Part shown: piece by piece, positions 39,355 through 50,670 of the stretch
Numbering within the stretch: position 1 is the first letter of the stretch
Layout of the letters: each line of letters opens with the position of its first letter
Assembly (NCBI GenBank): GCA_049320885.1
Contig: JBMORA010000064.1
Span: forward strand, 32,001 to 96,000
Length of the DNA: 64,000 nt
DNA from: Thermodesulfobacteriota bacterium
Lineage (GTDB): Bacteria > Desulfobacterota > Desulfobacteria > Desulfobacterales > SURF-7
Reading direction: 5' to 3'
The notes under the pieces: generated by a model
Told to the model about the DNA's origin: nothing
The model's input: only the letters and a program-made list of their open reading frames with translations
Databases searched by the model: none
Position numbers and translations under genes: made by a program

Positions 39355-40797
39355 TCATGTCCGGGATGCCGGAATCGGCTGGGGGGGAAGTTTTTCCGGT
39401 ATCCGGATCAGGAAAACAACGCCCTCGTCTGGGGTGCTGGTGCACTCCAGTTCTCCCCCAAGGGACTGGGTCACCAGATTATACAGAATATGCATGCCCA
39501 GCCCTGTTCCGCCACGGGATCGCTTGGTTGTAAAAAATGGATCGAACATCTTATCAAGGGTTTCCCGATCCATGCCTTTACCGTTATCCGTGTAGTATAA
39601 AATCAGGTGTCGGCCTTCCTGCCATATGTTGATACAGATCCGGCCGTCGGGGATTCCCTCGAAACCGTGGATCAGGGAGTTCATCACCAGATTCGTGATT
39701 AATTGCGAGAAAACGCCCGGGTAGGTGTGGAAACGGATGTCGTCCGCGCAATTGAGCGTCACCGCGTGACGGCTGGATTTGAATTGGGGCCGCAGACTGA
39801 AGAGAATGTCATCGATGTAGGTTTTTACCTGGATTCGTCTGCATTCCTGGCTGGTCTGATCCACGGCCACCTGCTTGAAGCTGCGGACCTGATCCGCCAC
39901 CCTCTGGAGATTGATCATCATGATATCGGCTGTTTCCGCTGCAAAAGCATAGAATTTTTCAACGGCGGCGGGATTTTTTTCTCCGTTTTCCCAATGCGCT
40001 CTTTGTTCCCGCACGCGGTGCTCCAGCAAGGACGCCGCCGTTATGCCGATTCCCAGGGGGGTATTGATTTCATGGGCCACGCCGGCCACCAGACCGCCGA
40101 GGGCCGCCATCTTTTCCGATTGCACCAATTGGGTCTTGGCAATTTCTAGGTTTTTCAGCGAAGCCTGAAGAGACTGGTTGGCGGATTGCATTTGATGAAG
40201 ATATGCGTTTGTTTTGTTATTGGCTTCCTCCGAGGCGGCCATGGCTTTTTCCAGGTGTTTTTTGGACTGGATCAATTCCCGGGTCATGGTATAGGAGTAC
40301 TGGCCGAACAGGCTGAAGTAGACGCTTGTCATCAGGGCGCACAATATTATGGTGGCCCAACCGGAGGAAATATCGATCTGGAACCCCTCCAGGGCGATGC
40401 CTGCCAGGGCTCCCAGCACGGAAACCATGGAAGCCTTGACCAGCAGCAACACCCCGCCGACCCGAAGCGTATTGGAGAAAAGAATATTCAGGAATGTGAA
40501 GGCCACCCACAACTGGAAATGGGCGATGGGAATAAAAAAACCGAAAAAAAAGGCGTCCACATACATATTGCGGATTTCAATGATTTTGGATGGATGTTTC
40601 CGGGAGGCGAGCCATAATGCCAGGTGGGGCCAGGCCAGGCAGAAGGAGACGGGCAGCCAGATGAGGGGATCGGTTTTCCGGCCGTACAGAATGGTCGCCA
40701 TGATGAAAAACACAAAGGTGCCGCCCACCAGCCGGGGGATATAGTTGATTCGGACAATGGGGTGCTGTTTCCCGGTATTTCTTTCTTTCCGGATCAT
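39355..40797 (-). CDS. MASE2-like membrane sensor histidine kinase
   Basis: TM region RINYIPR..LAWPHLALWLA..EIRNMYVDA; QSEKMAALGGLVAGVAHEINTPLG; NLVMNSLIHG, DNGKG, GTGLG; ATG overlaps the upstream stop (ATGA). Confidence 0.85.
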   Translation of the reverse strand: MIRKERNTGKQHPIVRINYIPRLVGGTFVFFIMATILYGRKTDPLIWLPVSFCLAWPHLALWLASRKHPSKIIEIRNMYVDAFFFGFFIPIAHFQLWVAFTFLNILFSNTLRVGGVLLLVKASMVSVLGALAGIALEGFQIDISSGWATIILCALMTSVYFSLFGQYSYTMTRELIQSKKHLEKAMAASEEANNKTNAYLHQMQSANQSLQASLKNLEIAKTQLVQSEKMAALGGLVAGVAHEINTPLGIGITAASLLEHRVREQRAHWENGEKNPAAVEKFYAFAAETADIMMINLQRVADQVRSFKQVAVDQTSQECRRIQVKTYIDDILFSLRPQFKSSRHAVTLNCADDIRFHTYPGVFSQLITNLVMNSLIHGFEGIPDGRICINIWQEGRHLILYYTDNGKGMDRETLDKMFDPFFTTKRSRGGTGLGMHILYNLVTQSLGGELECTSTPDEGVVFLIRIPEKLPPQPIPASRT

Positions 40798-41927
40798 GGA
40801 GTGTCCGATTCTTCGCAAGTATCGCCCAGGCGATGGATGATATACTGCGCCACCTGATGGGAGCCGTTGCGTCTTGTCGTGGGGAAACGCGGCAAACATA
40901 ACAGGTGGTCCAGCCTGGACAACCAGTCTCCGCAATGAAATTCTGCCGCTGTGACCGGAAATCCGGGCATGGTTGCGGCTATGAAATCAGCCAGTTTTTC
41001 CGATTCCCGGAAATTCGGGCGGGTAACATATCCAAAGGGAATCCCGGCATGGTATATCTCGGCAATGGTGCTGTATCCGGCTTTTCCGATAACCGCATCC
41101 ACTGCATGCACCAGGTCGGGATGAAAAAAACCGGAATGGTGCGGCAGCCGGATGACATTGGCGGTGCGTGCCGCCGGATGATCATCTCCGGGCAGGATGA
41201 AGACGATATCCGAACGCCGTGTCAGTCCAGCCAGGCAATTGATACCGCCTTTCACTCCTCCCATGGTGATCAAGACGGCCGGTTGCTTTTCCGGTATGTC
41301 CAGTCGTCGCCTGATTTCCTGCCGGGGGGTCTTTACCTTGCGGCTGATGGGGGCGGCATGGAGGGTTTCGGGGTGCCGCTCGCAAAGCGGATCGGTTTGA
41401 ACGTGGAAATCCGCCTGGCGGAATATCTGCCGTAAGTACTGAATATAAAGGCCGAACTCTTGGAACTGCTGCGCGTAAGGAAAATAGATCCAGTCCCAGG
41501 TGAAGTTTTCGATCAGCATCGACGGGATGCCTGTTTGTCGGGAGATATGGATTGCCAGCGGGGAAATATCGGCAATGATCATGCGGCAGCCTATTCGGGC
41601 GATCAGCTGGCAAAGGTGCTCCCATTGCGAATCCCTGAAGGGAAAAAATCCTTCCAGGCGGCGGATGGTTTCCGGCAGGTTTTCCTCCAGCGGATTTGTC
41701 TGCACCAGGCCGATATCGGTCAGACAATGATGATAGGTATAAGCGGACCCCAGCGATTCACTGAAAAACCATTCGGGAACGGTGGTGAAAATATGCGGGT
41801 GCACATTCCGGCAGGCATCCCCAAGGGCCTCCATAACCGCCGCGGCCCTGGACGCATGCCCGAATCCGTGGGGCGAAATAAAAACGGCGATGGGGATTCG
41901 ATCCGCGGTGGCGGGGCTGTCCTGCAT
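40794..41927 (-). CDS. GT-B fold glycosyltransferase-like protein
   Basis: ISPHGFGHASR, IADISP, ENFTWDWIY, ITMGG, DAVIGKAGYSTIAE, R..FRE. Confidence 0.75.
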   Translation of the reverse strand: MQDSPATADRIPIAVFISPHGFGHASRAAAVMEALGDACRNVHPHIFTTVPEWFFSESLGSAYTYHHCLTDIGLVQTNPLEENLPETIRRLEGFFPFRDSQWEHLCQLIARIGCRMIIADISPLAIHISRQTGIPSMLIENFTWDWIYFPYAQQFQEFGLYIQYLRQIFRQADFHVQTDPLCERHPETLHAAPISRKVKTPRQEIRRRLDIPEKQPAVLITMGGVKGGINCLAGLTRRSDIVFILPGDDHPAARTANVIRLPHHSGFFHPDLVHAVDAVIGKAGYSTIAEIYHAGIPFGYVTRPNFRESEKLADFIAATMPGFPVTAAEFHCGDWLSRLDHLLCLPRFPTTRRNGSHQVAQYIIHRLGDTCEESDTP

Positions 41928-42159
41928 ACCATTTCGTATCAATTGTCAGAATGGAACGGGAATGCCGAAAAATACCGAATACCAATACTGAATTCATCGT
42001 ACCATGTTTCGGTTTCAATTGAAAAGAAATTCCGCCGGTTTCCTTTTCCATCCCACAGATCTTGGGCCGGAGGCTTGCCCGTTTGCGTCTTGGCATGCTA
42101 TATTCCCACAATCGTTCCAAACGCCATAATGCCCTACTTGCCGGAGATGGAGGCGATCT

Positions 42160-42594
42160 ATGGGATTTTCTGAAAAAAAGAAAGCCGGACGGGATGCGAC
42201 GGCCGTAGAAAAACTGGACCCGGTCACCCAGGCCCGGCTGCTGGAAAAAATGCCGACCGACGGTCTTCCCTGCGCGCTGGCGTTTTCCCTTGCAGCGGAG
42301 CTGAATATCAAACCGTCGCAAATCGGCAGTCAGGCGGATCGCCACGACATCCGTCTGACTCACTGTCAGCTCGGGCTGTTCGGCTACCAGCCCCGGAATA
42401 AAATCGTCCAGCCGAAACAGCCGGATATGCCAGGCCTGGAAAAAGCCATTCTGGACGTCCAGACGGATGGAAGAGTTACCTGCGCCGATATCTGGCGGAT
42501 CGCTGATGGGTTCAACTGCCCCAAAATGAGGGTCAGTGCGGCCTGCGAAGCCCTGAAAATCAAAATAAAATCCTGTCAGCTCGGGGCTTTCTGA
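42160..42594 (+). CDS. Small Cys-containing protein of two tandem repeats
   Basis: LPCALAF..A..L..IG..AD..IRLTHCQLGLF and VTCADIW.IA..V..ACE..IKIKSCQLGAF; GGAGG RBS. Confidence 0.75.
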   Translation: MGFSEKKKAGRDATAVEKLDPVTQARLLEKMPTDGLPCALAFSLAAELNIKPSQIGSQADRHDIRLTHCQLGLFGYQPRNKIVQPKQPDMPGLEKAILDVQTDGRVTCADIWRIADGFNCPKMRVSAACEALKIKIKSCQLGAF

Positions 42595-42596
42595 GC

Positions 42597-44045
42597 TTGT
42601 ATCTATCCCAAAAAATAGATGCGGCTTTAAACCGGCCGCTGGTGTTGACCGGTTTCTTGTTCGGCGTGATCATCTATGCCACCCTGTTCTTCCTCTCCGG
42701 GGAAGAAGGGGGAGCCTATCATGATTTGGAACAGATCCGGTCCAGGGGTGAAATCACTTTCATCACCCGTTACAATCCCCATTGTTATTACCGGTATCGC
42801 GATCAACCCATGGGGTTTGAGTATGATCTCGCCAAAGCGTTCGCCGATGATCTGGGGGTTCGATTACAACTGAAAATTGCCGATGATTGGAATCAAATGG
42901 CCTATCTTTTGGCCAAGGATCAAGGCCATATCATTGCGGCCAATATGACGGTGACGCCCAAACGGATGGCCCGGGCGGCCTTTTCCGACAGTTACCAGGC
43001 CATCCGTCAGCATCTCATTGTGCATCGGGATAACCGTGCCGTTCATCATGTGGCGGACCTCGCGGGTATTGAGGTGCATGTGAGACAGAATTCGGCATAT
43101 CAGGAACAACTGGAGTTGCTGAAGTCCCGGGGAGCCGAGCTGGAGATCCGTGCCTGGAAAGACAAGTCGACCACCGAACTCATCCGTCAGGTGGAAACCG
43201 GCGAAATCCAAGCAACGGTGGCTTACAGCAATATCGCCAGGCTGAACCAGCGCTATTATCCGCATATCTTTATCGCCGACGCCATCGGCGGCGAGGAGCG
43301 TCTTGCCTGGGCGGTTCACCCCGACGCCCGCCGGCTGAAAGCCCGGATCAACGATTTTTTCAAGAAGATCAATTCCAACGGATTGTTTGCGGAAATCCAC
43401 AGCCGCCATTACTCCGGAGATGAATCCATGGATTTTGTGGATCTGCGCGCATACCACCGGTTTCTGACATCGCGGTTGCCTGAATTCGGTCGCATCATCA
43501 AAACGGAAGCGGAACGTCAGGGCCTTGACTGGCGTCTGATCACGGCCCAGATATATCAGGAATCCCGTTTCAGGCTGTATGCCCAAAGTCCCGCCGGGGC
43601 CCGCGGCCTGATGCAGCTCACCCGGGCGACGGCGGACAGCCACGGCGTCCTGGATCCCTACGAACCAGCCCAGAATATCCGGGCCGGTGTCAAACATTTG
43701 AAGCGAATGTACGATCTATTCGATGAAGCCGCAGGCGCCGATAGAATGTTCATTGCCCTGGGCGCCTATAATGTCGGTCCGGGGCACATCCGTGACGCCC
43801 AGCGTCTGGCCCGCGCAAAAGGATATGACCCGACCCTGTGGTCTTCCATAGCAAAAATGCTGCCGCTGCTGCAGCAGCCGGTATATTACCGGGAGGCCCG
43901 CTATGGATATTGTCAGGGAATGGAGCCGGTGCGGTATGTTCAGCGCATCGTGATTTATTATGATATCCTGAAGCATAAGAGCATCCGGTTTGATGCAGAT
44001 GCCGCCGATCCCGCCTCATCCGTCACCCGCCGGTCGGAAAGCTGA
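42597..44045 (+). CDS. mltF: Membrane-bound lytic murein transglycosylase F
   Basis: SBP-like domain (GFEYDLAKAFA), SLT domain DWRL..QIYQESRF..SPAGARGLMQ, AYNVGPGH, RYGYCQG.EP..YV. Confidence 0.92.
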   Translation: MYLSQKIDAALNRPLVLTGFLFGVIIYATLFFLSGEEGGAYHDLEQIRSRGEITFITRYNPHCYYRYRDQPMGFEYDLAKAFADDLGVRLQLKIADDWNQMAYLLAKDQGHIIAANMTVTPKRMARAAFSDSYQAIRQHLIVHRDNRAVHHVADLAGIEVHVRQNSAYQEQLELLKSRGAELEIRAWKDKSTTELIRQVETGEIQATVAYSNIARLNQRYYPHIFIADAIGGEERLAWAVHPDARRLKARINDFFKKINSNGLFAEIHSRHYSGDESMDFVDLRAYHRFLTSRLPEFGRIIKTEAERQGLDWRLITAQIYQESRFRLYAQSPAGARGLMQLTRATADSHGVLDPYEPAQNIRAGVKHLKRMYDLFDEAAGADRMFIALGAYNVGPGHIRDAQRLARAKGYDPTLWSSIAKMLPLLQQPVYYREARYGYCQGMEPVRYVQRIVIYYDILKHKSIRFDADAADPASSVTRRSES

Positions 44046-44117
44046 TCACAGGTGGACCCTGTCGTATCATGATAGCCGACCGTAGGTCGCCGGATAGGAA
44101 TCCCGCATGTTGTTGGT

Positions 44118-44741
44118 TCACATCCTGGCGAAGGGGTTGGTGCGCTTTTCATGTCCGATGGTGGTGGTGGGGCCATGACCGCAATGAACAACCACATGGT
44201 CATCCAGGGTAAACAGTTTTTCCCGGATGCTGCGGATCAGGGTGTTGAAATCCCCTCCCGGGAAGTCGGTGCGACCGATGGAGCCGGCAAAAAGAGTGTC
44301 ACCCACGAAGACATGCCCCGGGGTATAAAGGGAAACACCGCCCGGGGTATGCCCGGGGGTATGAAGAACCTGGAGGCTGAGGGTGCCGAAGGTGATGTGG
44401 TCACCATCATTGATCTGCCGGTCGGACGGCGGTGAGTTTTCGGCTGCCAGGCCGAAACTGGCGGCGGCCATGGTTAGCTGGGTCAGCATGAAGGCATCGC
44501 CGGGGTGGATCAGAAGCTCGGCGCCGGTGGCTGCCTTCATCCGCTTGTTGCCGCCCACATGATCGAAATGTCCGTGGGTATTGATGATCTTTTTGACCGT
44601 TAATTTGGATTTGGTCAGGGCCATCAGGATTTTATCCACATCATCCCCGGGATCGATCACCACGGCTTCCAATGTTTTTTCGCACCCGACAACAAAACAA
44701 TTGGCCATGATCGGCCCCACGGCGATTTCCTTTATAATCAA
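44118..44741 (-). CDS. MBL-fold metallo-hydrolase, glyoxalase II/YcbL-like
   Basis: THGHFDH, HTPGHTPG, GDTLFAGSIGRTD, GHGP.TTIG.EK..NPF. Confidence 0.9.
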   Translation of the reverse strand: MIIKEIAVGPIMANCFVVGCEKTLEAVVIDPGDDVDKILMALTKSKLTVKKIINTHGHFDHVGGNKRMKAATGAELLIHPGDAFMLTQLTMAAASFGLAAENSPPSDRQINDGDHITFGTLSLQVLHTPGHTPGGVSLYTPGHVFVGDTLFAGSIGRTDFPGGDFNTLIRSIREKLFTLDDHVVVHCGHGPTTTIGHEKRTNPFARM

Positions 44742-44882
44742 AACGACCTCCTATGCGGGCATGCCCCGGGTACGGGCGGTTCCCCTTTTTATCTGTTGGC
44801 GAACGCCCGGGAACATTCCGGATGGTATCCGCATGTTCCCGGGCGATCGGTCGGTTTCCATAGAAACGGTTCTCGAATGTGT

Positions 44883-45149
44883 TTATTCCTGCCCCGTCCG
44901 TTTTTTGGCAGCCTGGATGAGATCAATCAGGCTGTTGATTTTCGGTTGCGGTTTGCCGGCAAGCATCCTGTCAACCACCTCCTGGGGATAGCAGTTCCGC
45001 ACATGGGATTGGACATCGAAGTATTCCCACCAGCAATCGAACAGCTTCCAGCACGGCAACCCGTCGCCGCCGTGTTCCCGACAGTAGCGAAAGGCAACCA
45101 GGCTGCCCAGTCTGGGGCAACGCGTTTCCAGATGGTCCGGATGTTCCAT
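44883..45149 (-). CDS. Small Cys-rich hypothetical protein
   Basis: RCPRLG..V.F.YCR..PC.K..DCWWE..K..SL.DLI..AK; four Cys; co-oriented with trpB2. Confidence 0.65.
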   Translation of the reverse strand: MEHPDHLETRCPRLGSLVAFRYCREHGGDGLPCWKLFDCWWEYFDVQSHVRNCYPQEVVDRMLAGKPQPKINSLIDLIQAAKKRTGQE

Positions 45150-45175
45150 CAAACAGGTTCTTTCGGTAAAAACGC

Positions 45176-46552
45176 CTACCGGCTTTTCAGGAGCGCCGGT
45201 TTCGGAAAATTTTCGTACACTTTTCCCGCTGCCGCGATTTCCCGGTCGTCCAGGGCGAAGTTGGAAAGCTGATCCGCAAAATATTTTTCATAGGCCATCA
45301 GATCCAACAGGCCATGTCCGCTCCAGTTGAACAGGATCACTTTTTCCTTGCCTTCTTCCTTGGCTTTTTTGGCTTCTTCCACGACGCAGGCCAACGCATG
45401 GGTGGTTTCCGGGGCCGGTATGATGCCCTCGGTTCTGGCCAGCAATACCCCCGCGGCATAGGCATCGAGCTGGGTCACGGCTTTGGGTTCGATGAGTCCT
45501 TCGACGACGAGCTGGCTGACCGTCGGCGCCATGCCATGGTAGCGCAGACCGCCGGCGTGGAAAGGCGGCGGAACGAAGGCGTGTCCCAGACTGTGCATGG
45601 GCAACAGCGGGGTGTAGCGGGCCGTATCCCCGTGATCGTAAACGAAAGGCGCCCGTGTCATGGTCGGGCAGGCAGCCGGTTCCACCGGATAGATCTCGAC
45701 GGCCTTGCCATTGATCTTGTCCAGCACGAAGGGGAACGCCAGTCCCGCGAAATTGCTGCCGCCGCCCGCGCATCCGATCACCACATCCGGGTAGTCCCCC
45801 ACTTTGGCCAGTTGTTTTTTGGCTTCCAGACCGATGATGGTCTGATGCAGCATGACGTGATTAAGGACGCTGCCCAGAGAATAGCGGGTTTGACCGCTGG
45901 TGTCGGACACCGCTGCCTCGATGGCCTCGCTGATGGCAATGCCGAGGCTTCCGGGCGTATTGGGGTCTTTTTCGAGGGCATCCCGGCCGGCCTTGGTTTC
46001 CATGCTCGGGCTGGCGACGCATTTCCCGCCCCAGGCCGCCATCATGGATTTGCGGTAGGGTTTCTGGTCAAAGCTTACGCGCACCATGAAAATTTTGCAT
46101 TCCAGCCCGAATTGGGAGCAGGCAAACGAGAGGGCGCTTCCCCATTGGCCGGCGCCGGTTTCCGTGGTCATGCGTTTGATGCCGAATTGTTTGTTGTAAT
46201 ACGCTTGGGGGACTGCGGTATTGGGTTTGTGGCTGCCCGGTGGACTGACACTTTCATTTTTAAAATAGATTCTGGCCGGCGTGTCGAGGGCCTTTTCCAG
46301 GGAGAGCGCCCGCACCAGCGGGGATGGACGCCAGATGCGCAGAATGCCGAGCACTTCTTCCGGGATATCGATCCATCTTTCGGTACTGACCTCCTGTTCG
46401 ATCAGGTTCATGGGAAACACGGGCGCGAGGGCGTCCGGTGTCACCGGCTTTCCATCCGGTCCCAGTGGTGGATTCATTTTGATATCCGCTAGAATATTGT
46501 ACCATTGGCGCGGCATTTCGTCTTCGTTCAACAGAATTTTTCTAGCCTCCAT
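45176..46552 (-). CDS. trpB2: TrpB-like PLP enzyme (tryptophan synthase beta type 2)
   Basis: [16 protein letters not shown] (PLP Lys), [38 protein letters not shown]. Confidence 0.93.
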   Translation of the reverse strand: MEARKILLNEDEMPRQWYNILADIKMNPPLGPDGKPVTPDALAPVFPMNLIEQEVSTERWIDIPEEVLGILRIWRPSPLVRALSLEKALDTPARIYFKNESVSPPGSHKPNTAVPQAYYNKQFGIKRMTTETGAGQWGSALSFACSQFGLECKIFMVRVSFDQKPYRKSMMAAWGGKCVASPSMETKAGRDALEKDPNTPGSLGIAISEAIEAAVSDTSGQTRYSLGSVLNHVMLHQTIIGLEAKKQLAKVGDYPDVVIGCAGGGSNFAGLAFPFVLDKINGKAVEIYPVEPAACPTMTRAPFVYDHGDTARYTPLLPMHSLGHAFVPPPFHAGGLRYHGMAPTVSQLVVEGLIEPKAVTQLDAYAAGVLLARTEGIIPAPETTHALACVVEEAKKAKEEGKEKVILFNWSGHGLLDLMAYEKYFADQLSNFALDDREIAAAGKVYENFPKPALLKSR

Positions 46553-46555
46553 AAT

Positions 46556-47020
46556 TCACTCCTTGTTGGGTTTAAGAGGGGGTTCAAGAGAATGTGGTTG
46601 CTTTTCCTCGATTTCTTTTTGCACTGCCAGGTTGATGCTGTCAAGGACGCCATTGATAAATGCACCGGATTCGTCGGTGCCGTATCGTTTGCCGATGTCG
46701 ATGGCCTCGTTGATGGCGACTTTGGCCGGGATTTCCTCGCAGTACAGCATTTCAAATACCGCAATGCGCATGACATTGCGATCCACGCAGGCGATCCGGC
46801 TCATTTTCCAGTTGCTGGCGTGTTTCTCGATCAAGGCGTCGATGGTTTGTCGGTGTTGGATGACGCCTTCCACCAGGAGCCTGACGAACGGCAGTTGCCG
46901 ATCCGGCGGATGGAAATTCCGGCAAAAGCGTTCAAAGCGATCGGGAGATATGTCCAGACTCATGTCCATATCGAACAGGGCCTGCATGGCAAATTCCCGG
47001 GAGCGGCGGCGGTTGCCCAT
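46556..47020 (-). CDS. nusB: Transcription antitermination factor NusB
   Basis: RRRSREFAMQALF, VDRNVMR, VAINEAIDIGKRYG..FINGVLD. Confidence 0.96.
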   Translation of the reverse strand: MGNRRRSREFAMQALFDMDMSLDISPDRFERFCRNFHPPDRQLPFVRLLVEGVIQHRQTIDALIEKHASNWKMSRIACVDRNVMRIAVFEMLYCEEIPAKVAINEAIDIGKRYGTDESGAFINGVLDSINLAVQKEIEEKQPHSLEPPLKPNKE

Positions 47021-47023
47021 GGA

Positions 47024-47497
47024 TCAGCCTCGATCAACGGTTTCGACCAGGTTGGCCATTTCCACGGCTGAAATGGCCGCGCTCCATCCCTTGTTGCCGG
47101 CCTTGGTGCCGGCGCGTTCGATGGCCTGCTCGATGGTGTCCGTGGTGATCACTCCATAAATTACCGGGACGGCGGTTTCCAGGCTGACCTGGGCGGTTCC
47201 CTTGGTGACCTCGGCGCTGACATATTCGAAATGCGGTGTGGCGCCGCGAATGACCGCCCCCAGACAGATGACGGCGTGATAGCAGCCCTTCTCCGCCATC
47301 TTCTTGGCCAGCAGCGGGATTTCGAAGGCCCCGGGAACCTTGACGATATCGATATCTTCATCGGCGGCGCCGCTGCGCAACAGGGCGTCCACGGCCCCGC
47401 CGGTGAGCCTGTCGGTGATGAAATCATTGAATCGGCTGACGATGATGGCGAATTTTTTCCCTGCCGCGCTGAGCCCGGCTTCGATTATTCTTGGCAT
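47024..47497 (-). CDS. ribH: 6,7-dimethyl-8-ribityllumazine synthase
   Basis: [34 protein letters not shown]. Confidence 0.97.
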   Translation of the reverse strand: MPRIIEAGLSAAGKKFAIIVSRFNDFITDRLTGGAVDALLRSGAADEDIDIVKVPGAFEIPLLAKKMAEKGCYHAVICLGAVIRGATPHFEYVSAEVTKGTAQVSLETAVPVIYGVITTDTIEQAIERAGTKAGNKGWSAAISAVEMANLVETVDRG

Positions 47498-47531
47498 GAA
47501 TGGATTTCCTCCCTTGTTGCGGATGGCGTGA

Positions 47532-48764
47532 TCATTGGTCCTCGTCTTTTTGACAGTCGTTGACTACATTTAACAGATGCCCCATTTTCAACTGCTTGCA
47601 TTGCAGATAACATTCGTTGTGTTCGTTGGGCGGGACCTCGATGGGCACCTGCTCCACGACACTGAGGCCGTATCCTTCCAGGGCCACCATTTTTTTGGGA
47701 TTGTTGGTCAGCAGACGCATTTTCCGGACGCCGATATCGGCCAGGATCTGGGCGCCGACGCCATAGTCCCGCATGTCGGCCTTGAACCCGAGTTTTTCAT
47801 TGGCTTCCACCGTGTCGAAGCCCTGGCGTTGCAATTCATACGCCTTCAATTTGTTCACCAGGCCGATGCCGCGGCCTTCCTGACGGAGATACAGCAGGAC
47901 GCCGCTGCCTTCCCGTTCCATTTTCGCCATGGCCTTGTGGAGCTGTTCGGCGCAGTCACAGCGCAGGGAGCCGAAAATATCGCCGGTCATGCATTCCGAG
48001 TGAACCCTAACCAGGGTCGGTTTCTCGGAATCGATTTCCCCCTTGACCAGGGCGATGTGCAGGAGATCGTCCAGCTCGTTCTCATAGGCGATGATCCGGA
48101 ATTCGCCGGCATAGACGGTGGGAATGACGGTTTCCGCCGCCCGGTGGACAAAGGACTCGGTGCGCATGCGATATTCGACCAGGTCGGCGATGGTGCAGAT
48201 ACCGATGCCGTGCTGCTGGCTGAATTGTTCCAGACTGGGCATGCGGGCCATGGTGCCGTCTTCATCCATGATTTCGCAGATCACGCCGGCCGTGCGCAGA
48301 CCGGCCAGACGCGCCAGATCCACGGAGCCTTCGGTCTGGCCTACCCGCACCATGACGCCTCCGTTGCGCGCCCGGAGGGGAAAGATATGTCCCGGCTGCA
48401 CCAGGTCCCTGGGACGGGCGTCCTTGGCCACGGCGGTTAAAATGGTGGTAGCGCGATCCGCCGCGGATATTCCGGTGGTTACCCCGCAACGGGCCTCGAT
48501 GGAAACCGTGAATCCGGTTTCAAACGGGGAGGTGTTGCGCGCCACCATCATGGGCAGCCGCAGCTGGTCGCAGATATCCCCGCTCAGGGAAAGGCAGATC
48601 AGGCCGCGGCCGTATTTGGCCATGAAATTGATCGCTTCCGGGGTGATCTTTTCGGCCGCCATGGTCAGATCGCCCTCGTTCTCCCGGTTTTCATCATCCA
48701 CGAGTATGACCATCCGGCCGGCGCGGATATCTTCAATTGCCTGTTCAATTGTAATTTTCGGCAT
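47532..48764 (-). CDS. ribBA: Bifunctional DHBP synthase/GTP cyclohydrolase II
   Basis: [47 protein letters not shown]. Confidence 0.97.
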   Translation of the reverse strand: MPKITIEQAIEDIRAGRMVILVDDENRENEGDLTMAAEKITPEAINFMAKYGRGLICLSLSGDICDQLRLPMMVARNTSPFETGFTVSIEARCGVTTGISAADRATTILTAVAKDARPRDLVQPGHIFPLRARNGGVMVRVGQTEGSVDLARLAGLRTAGVICEIMDEDGTMARMPSLEQFSQQHGIGICTIADLVEYRMRTESFVHRAAETVIPTVYAGEFRIIAYENELDDLLHIALVKGEIDSEKPTLVRVHSECMTGDIFGSLRCDCAEQLHKAMAKMEREGSGVLLYLRQEGRGIGLVNKLKAYELQRQGFDTVEANEKLGFKADMRDYGVGAQILADIGVRKMRLLTNNPKKMVALEGYGLSVVEQVPIEVPPNEHNECYLQCKQLKMGHLLNVVNDCQKDEDQ

Positions 48765-48834
48765 AATGCAAGTTTGCTCCCCTACAGTGTTTTGTTACGT
48801 CCGACCCGGGTCAGGCCCGTCGCCGGTGGTTATT

Positions 48835-49497
48835 TCAGGTCCGGCGCAGAAATCCGTTCTCCGCCAGAAAATTCAAGTTGATCCCCTGTCCGGGCCTGCC
48901 GCCACCTTCGGCTTTCAGCAGAAAACGCTCCACGTATTTTCCGATCATGTCGTTCTCGATATTGACTTCCGCGCCCGCCTGTTTCAATCCGATGGTGGTC
49001 AGTTTGGCCGTATGGGGAATGATGCTGACATCAAATCCATCGTCCCTCAGGCGATTGACGGTCAGACTGATGCCGTCAACGGCCACGGAACCTTTTTCGA
49101 TGATGTACCTGCCAAGATTGTCCGGGACAGTGATGGTGATGACCAGCGCATTGCCTTCCGGCCTGAGCGCCTTCAGCCTGCCGATGCCGTCCACATGCCC
49201 GGATACCAGGTGGCCGTCCAGGCGATCCGACAATCGCAGCGCGCGTTCCAGATTGACCCGCGCCCCGACCACGGCTTTACCCAATGTCGTACGGGACAAG
49301 GTTTCCGGCGCCACATCCACCTGAAAGCGTCTTCCCTGGATGCCGACCGCCGTCAGGCAGGCGCCGCTCACGGCGATGCTGTCGCCGATCCGGACCGTTT
49401 CCAGGTCGAAATCCGCCTCAATGGTCAGTTGCCTGCCCTGGCCGGCCGAACGTACGGCGGCAATGGTGCCGAGTCCTTCAATAATTCCGGTAAACAT
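48835..49497 (-). CDS. ribE: Riboflavin synthase alpha chain
   Basis: [33 protein letters not shown]. Confidence 0.97.
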   Translation of the reverse strand: MFTGIIEGLGTIAAVRSAGQGRQLTIEADFDLETVRIGDSIAVSGACLTAVGIQGRRFQVDVAPETLSRTTLGKAVVGARVNLERALRLSDRLDGHLVSGHVDGIGRLKALRPEGNALVITITVPDNLGRYIIEKGSVAVDGISLTVNRLRDDGFDVSIIPHTAKLTTIGLKQAGAEVNIENDMIGKYVERFLLKAEGGGRPGQGINLNFLAENGFLRRT

Positions 49498-49500
49498 GTT

Positions 49501-50601
49501 TCAGCCGATATACCCCTCGATCATGAGATCGTCGTCGAAACGACAAACGCGCATATCTTTCAGCGCAATGCTCTGGTTCATTCGGTCCGGCCCCGGTCCG
49601 CGGCACACTGGAAATCCGTCGTCTCCGCCGAGGATCCTGGGCGCAAAAAACAGGTGGACCTTGTCCACGATCCCGCTGCTCAAAGCCGCTGCATGAATGG
49701 TGCTGCCCCCTTCGATCAACAGCCGCGTGATTTGCCTGGCGCCGAGCTCCGGCATCAGGGTTTTCAGGTCGATCCCATTGGCGGACTCCATCCGGAGTAT
49801 CCGGACTCCGCGCTGTTCCAGCCGCTGCCGTTTTTTATCGCAACAACCCGGACCGGTTACAATCACGGTTTCCGTGCCGGATGGATTGGGACGCAGCACT
49901 TCGGCCTCTTCGTCAATGGACAGACGGGTGTCGAGAATGATGCGAACGGGATCCCGGCCGCGTATCCCCTCAAGGCGGGTGGTCAATTGCGGATTGTCCG
50001 CTCTGACCGTGCCGATGCCCACCAGAATCGCGTCTGCTTCATGTCTCATCCGGTGAACGCACCTCCGTGCCGCAGGTCCGGTGATCCATTTGGAATCGCC
50101 GGTGCGGGTTGCCGTCCGGCCATCCAGGGTGGCGGCCGTCTTCATTACCACGAACGGCCGGCCGGTTTGGACGAATTTGATGTAACTTTCGTTCAGTCGT
50201 CTGGCCTCGTCCCCGCAGACGTTGCTTCTGACCTGAATGCCCCGGGACGCCAGATAGCGCGCTCCTCCTCCGGCCACATGGGGATTGGGATCTTCCATGG
50301 CCATGACGACTTCCCGTATGCCGGCGGCGATCACCGCTTCCGTACAGGGCGGCGTGCGTCCGGTGTGATTGCAGGGTTCCAGCGTCACATACAGAACAGC
50401 TCCCCGCGCCTGGCCGCCCGCATCCCGGATGGCCTCGACTTCGGCATGGTCCTGGCCCGCGGCCCGGTGCCAGCCTTTGCCGACCACCCGTCCGTCCTTG
50501 ACCAGCACGGCGCCCACCATGGGGTTGGGGGAGACGCAGCCCCGCCCTTTTTCCGCAAGGGCCAAGGCCATTTTCATGAAATACGGTTCATTCATCATCA
50601 T
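49501..50601 (-). CDS. ribD: Riboflavin biosynthesis deaminase/reductase
   Basis: [37 protein letters not shown]. Confidence 0.97.
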   Translation of the reverse strand: MMMNEPYFMKMALALAEKGRGCVSPNPMVGAVLVKDGRVVGKGWHRAAGQDHAEVEAIRDAGGQARGAVLYVTLEPCNHTGRTPPCTEAVIAAGIREVVMAMEDPNPHVAGGGARYLASRGIQVRSNVCGDEARRLNESYIKFVQTGRPFVVMKTAATLDGRTATRTGDSKWITGPAARRCVHRMRHEADAILVGIGTVRADNPQLTTRLEGIRGRDPVRIILDTRLSIDEEAEVLRPNPSGTETVIVTGPGCCDKKRQRLEQRGVRILRMESANGIDLKTLMPELGARQITRLLIEGGSTIHAAALSSGIVDKVHLFFAPRILGGDDGFPVCRGPGPDRMNQSIALKDMRVCRFDDDLMIEGYIG

Positions 50602-50670
50602 CGCAACACAAATAACAACATGCGTACATCCGGGAAAAGCAATCGTCAGTTGCAGGTCGACGGCAGGCGC

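Noticed and set aside
42091..42106. TGGCATGC sigma54-like -24 element
   Set aside because: No GC at the -12 position (TC instead)
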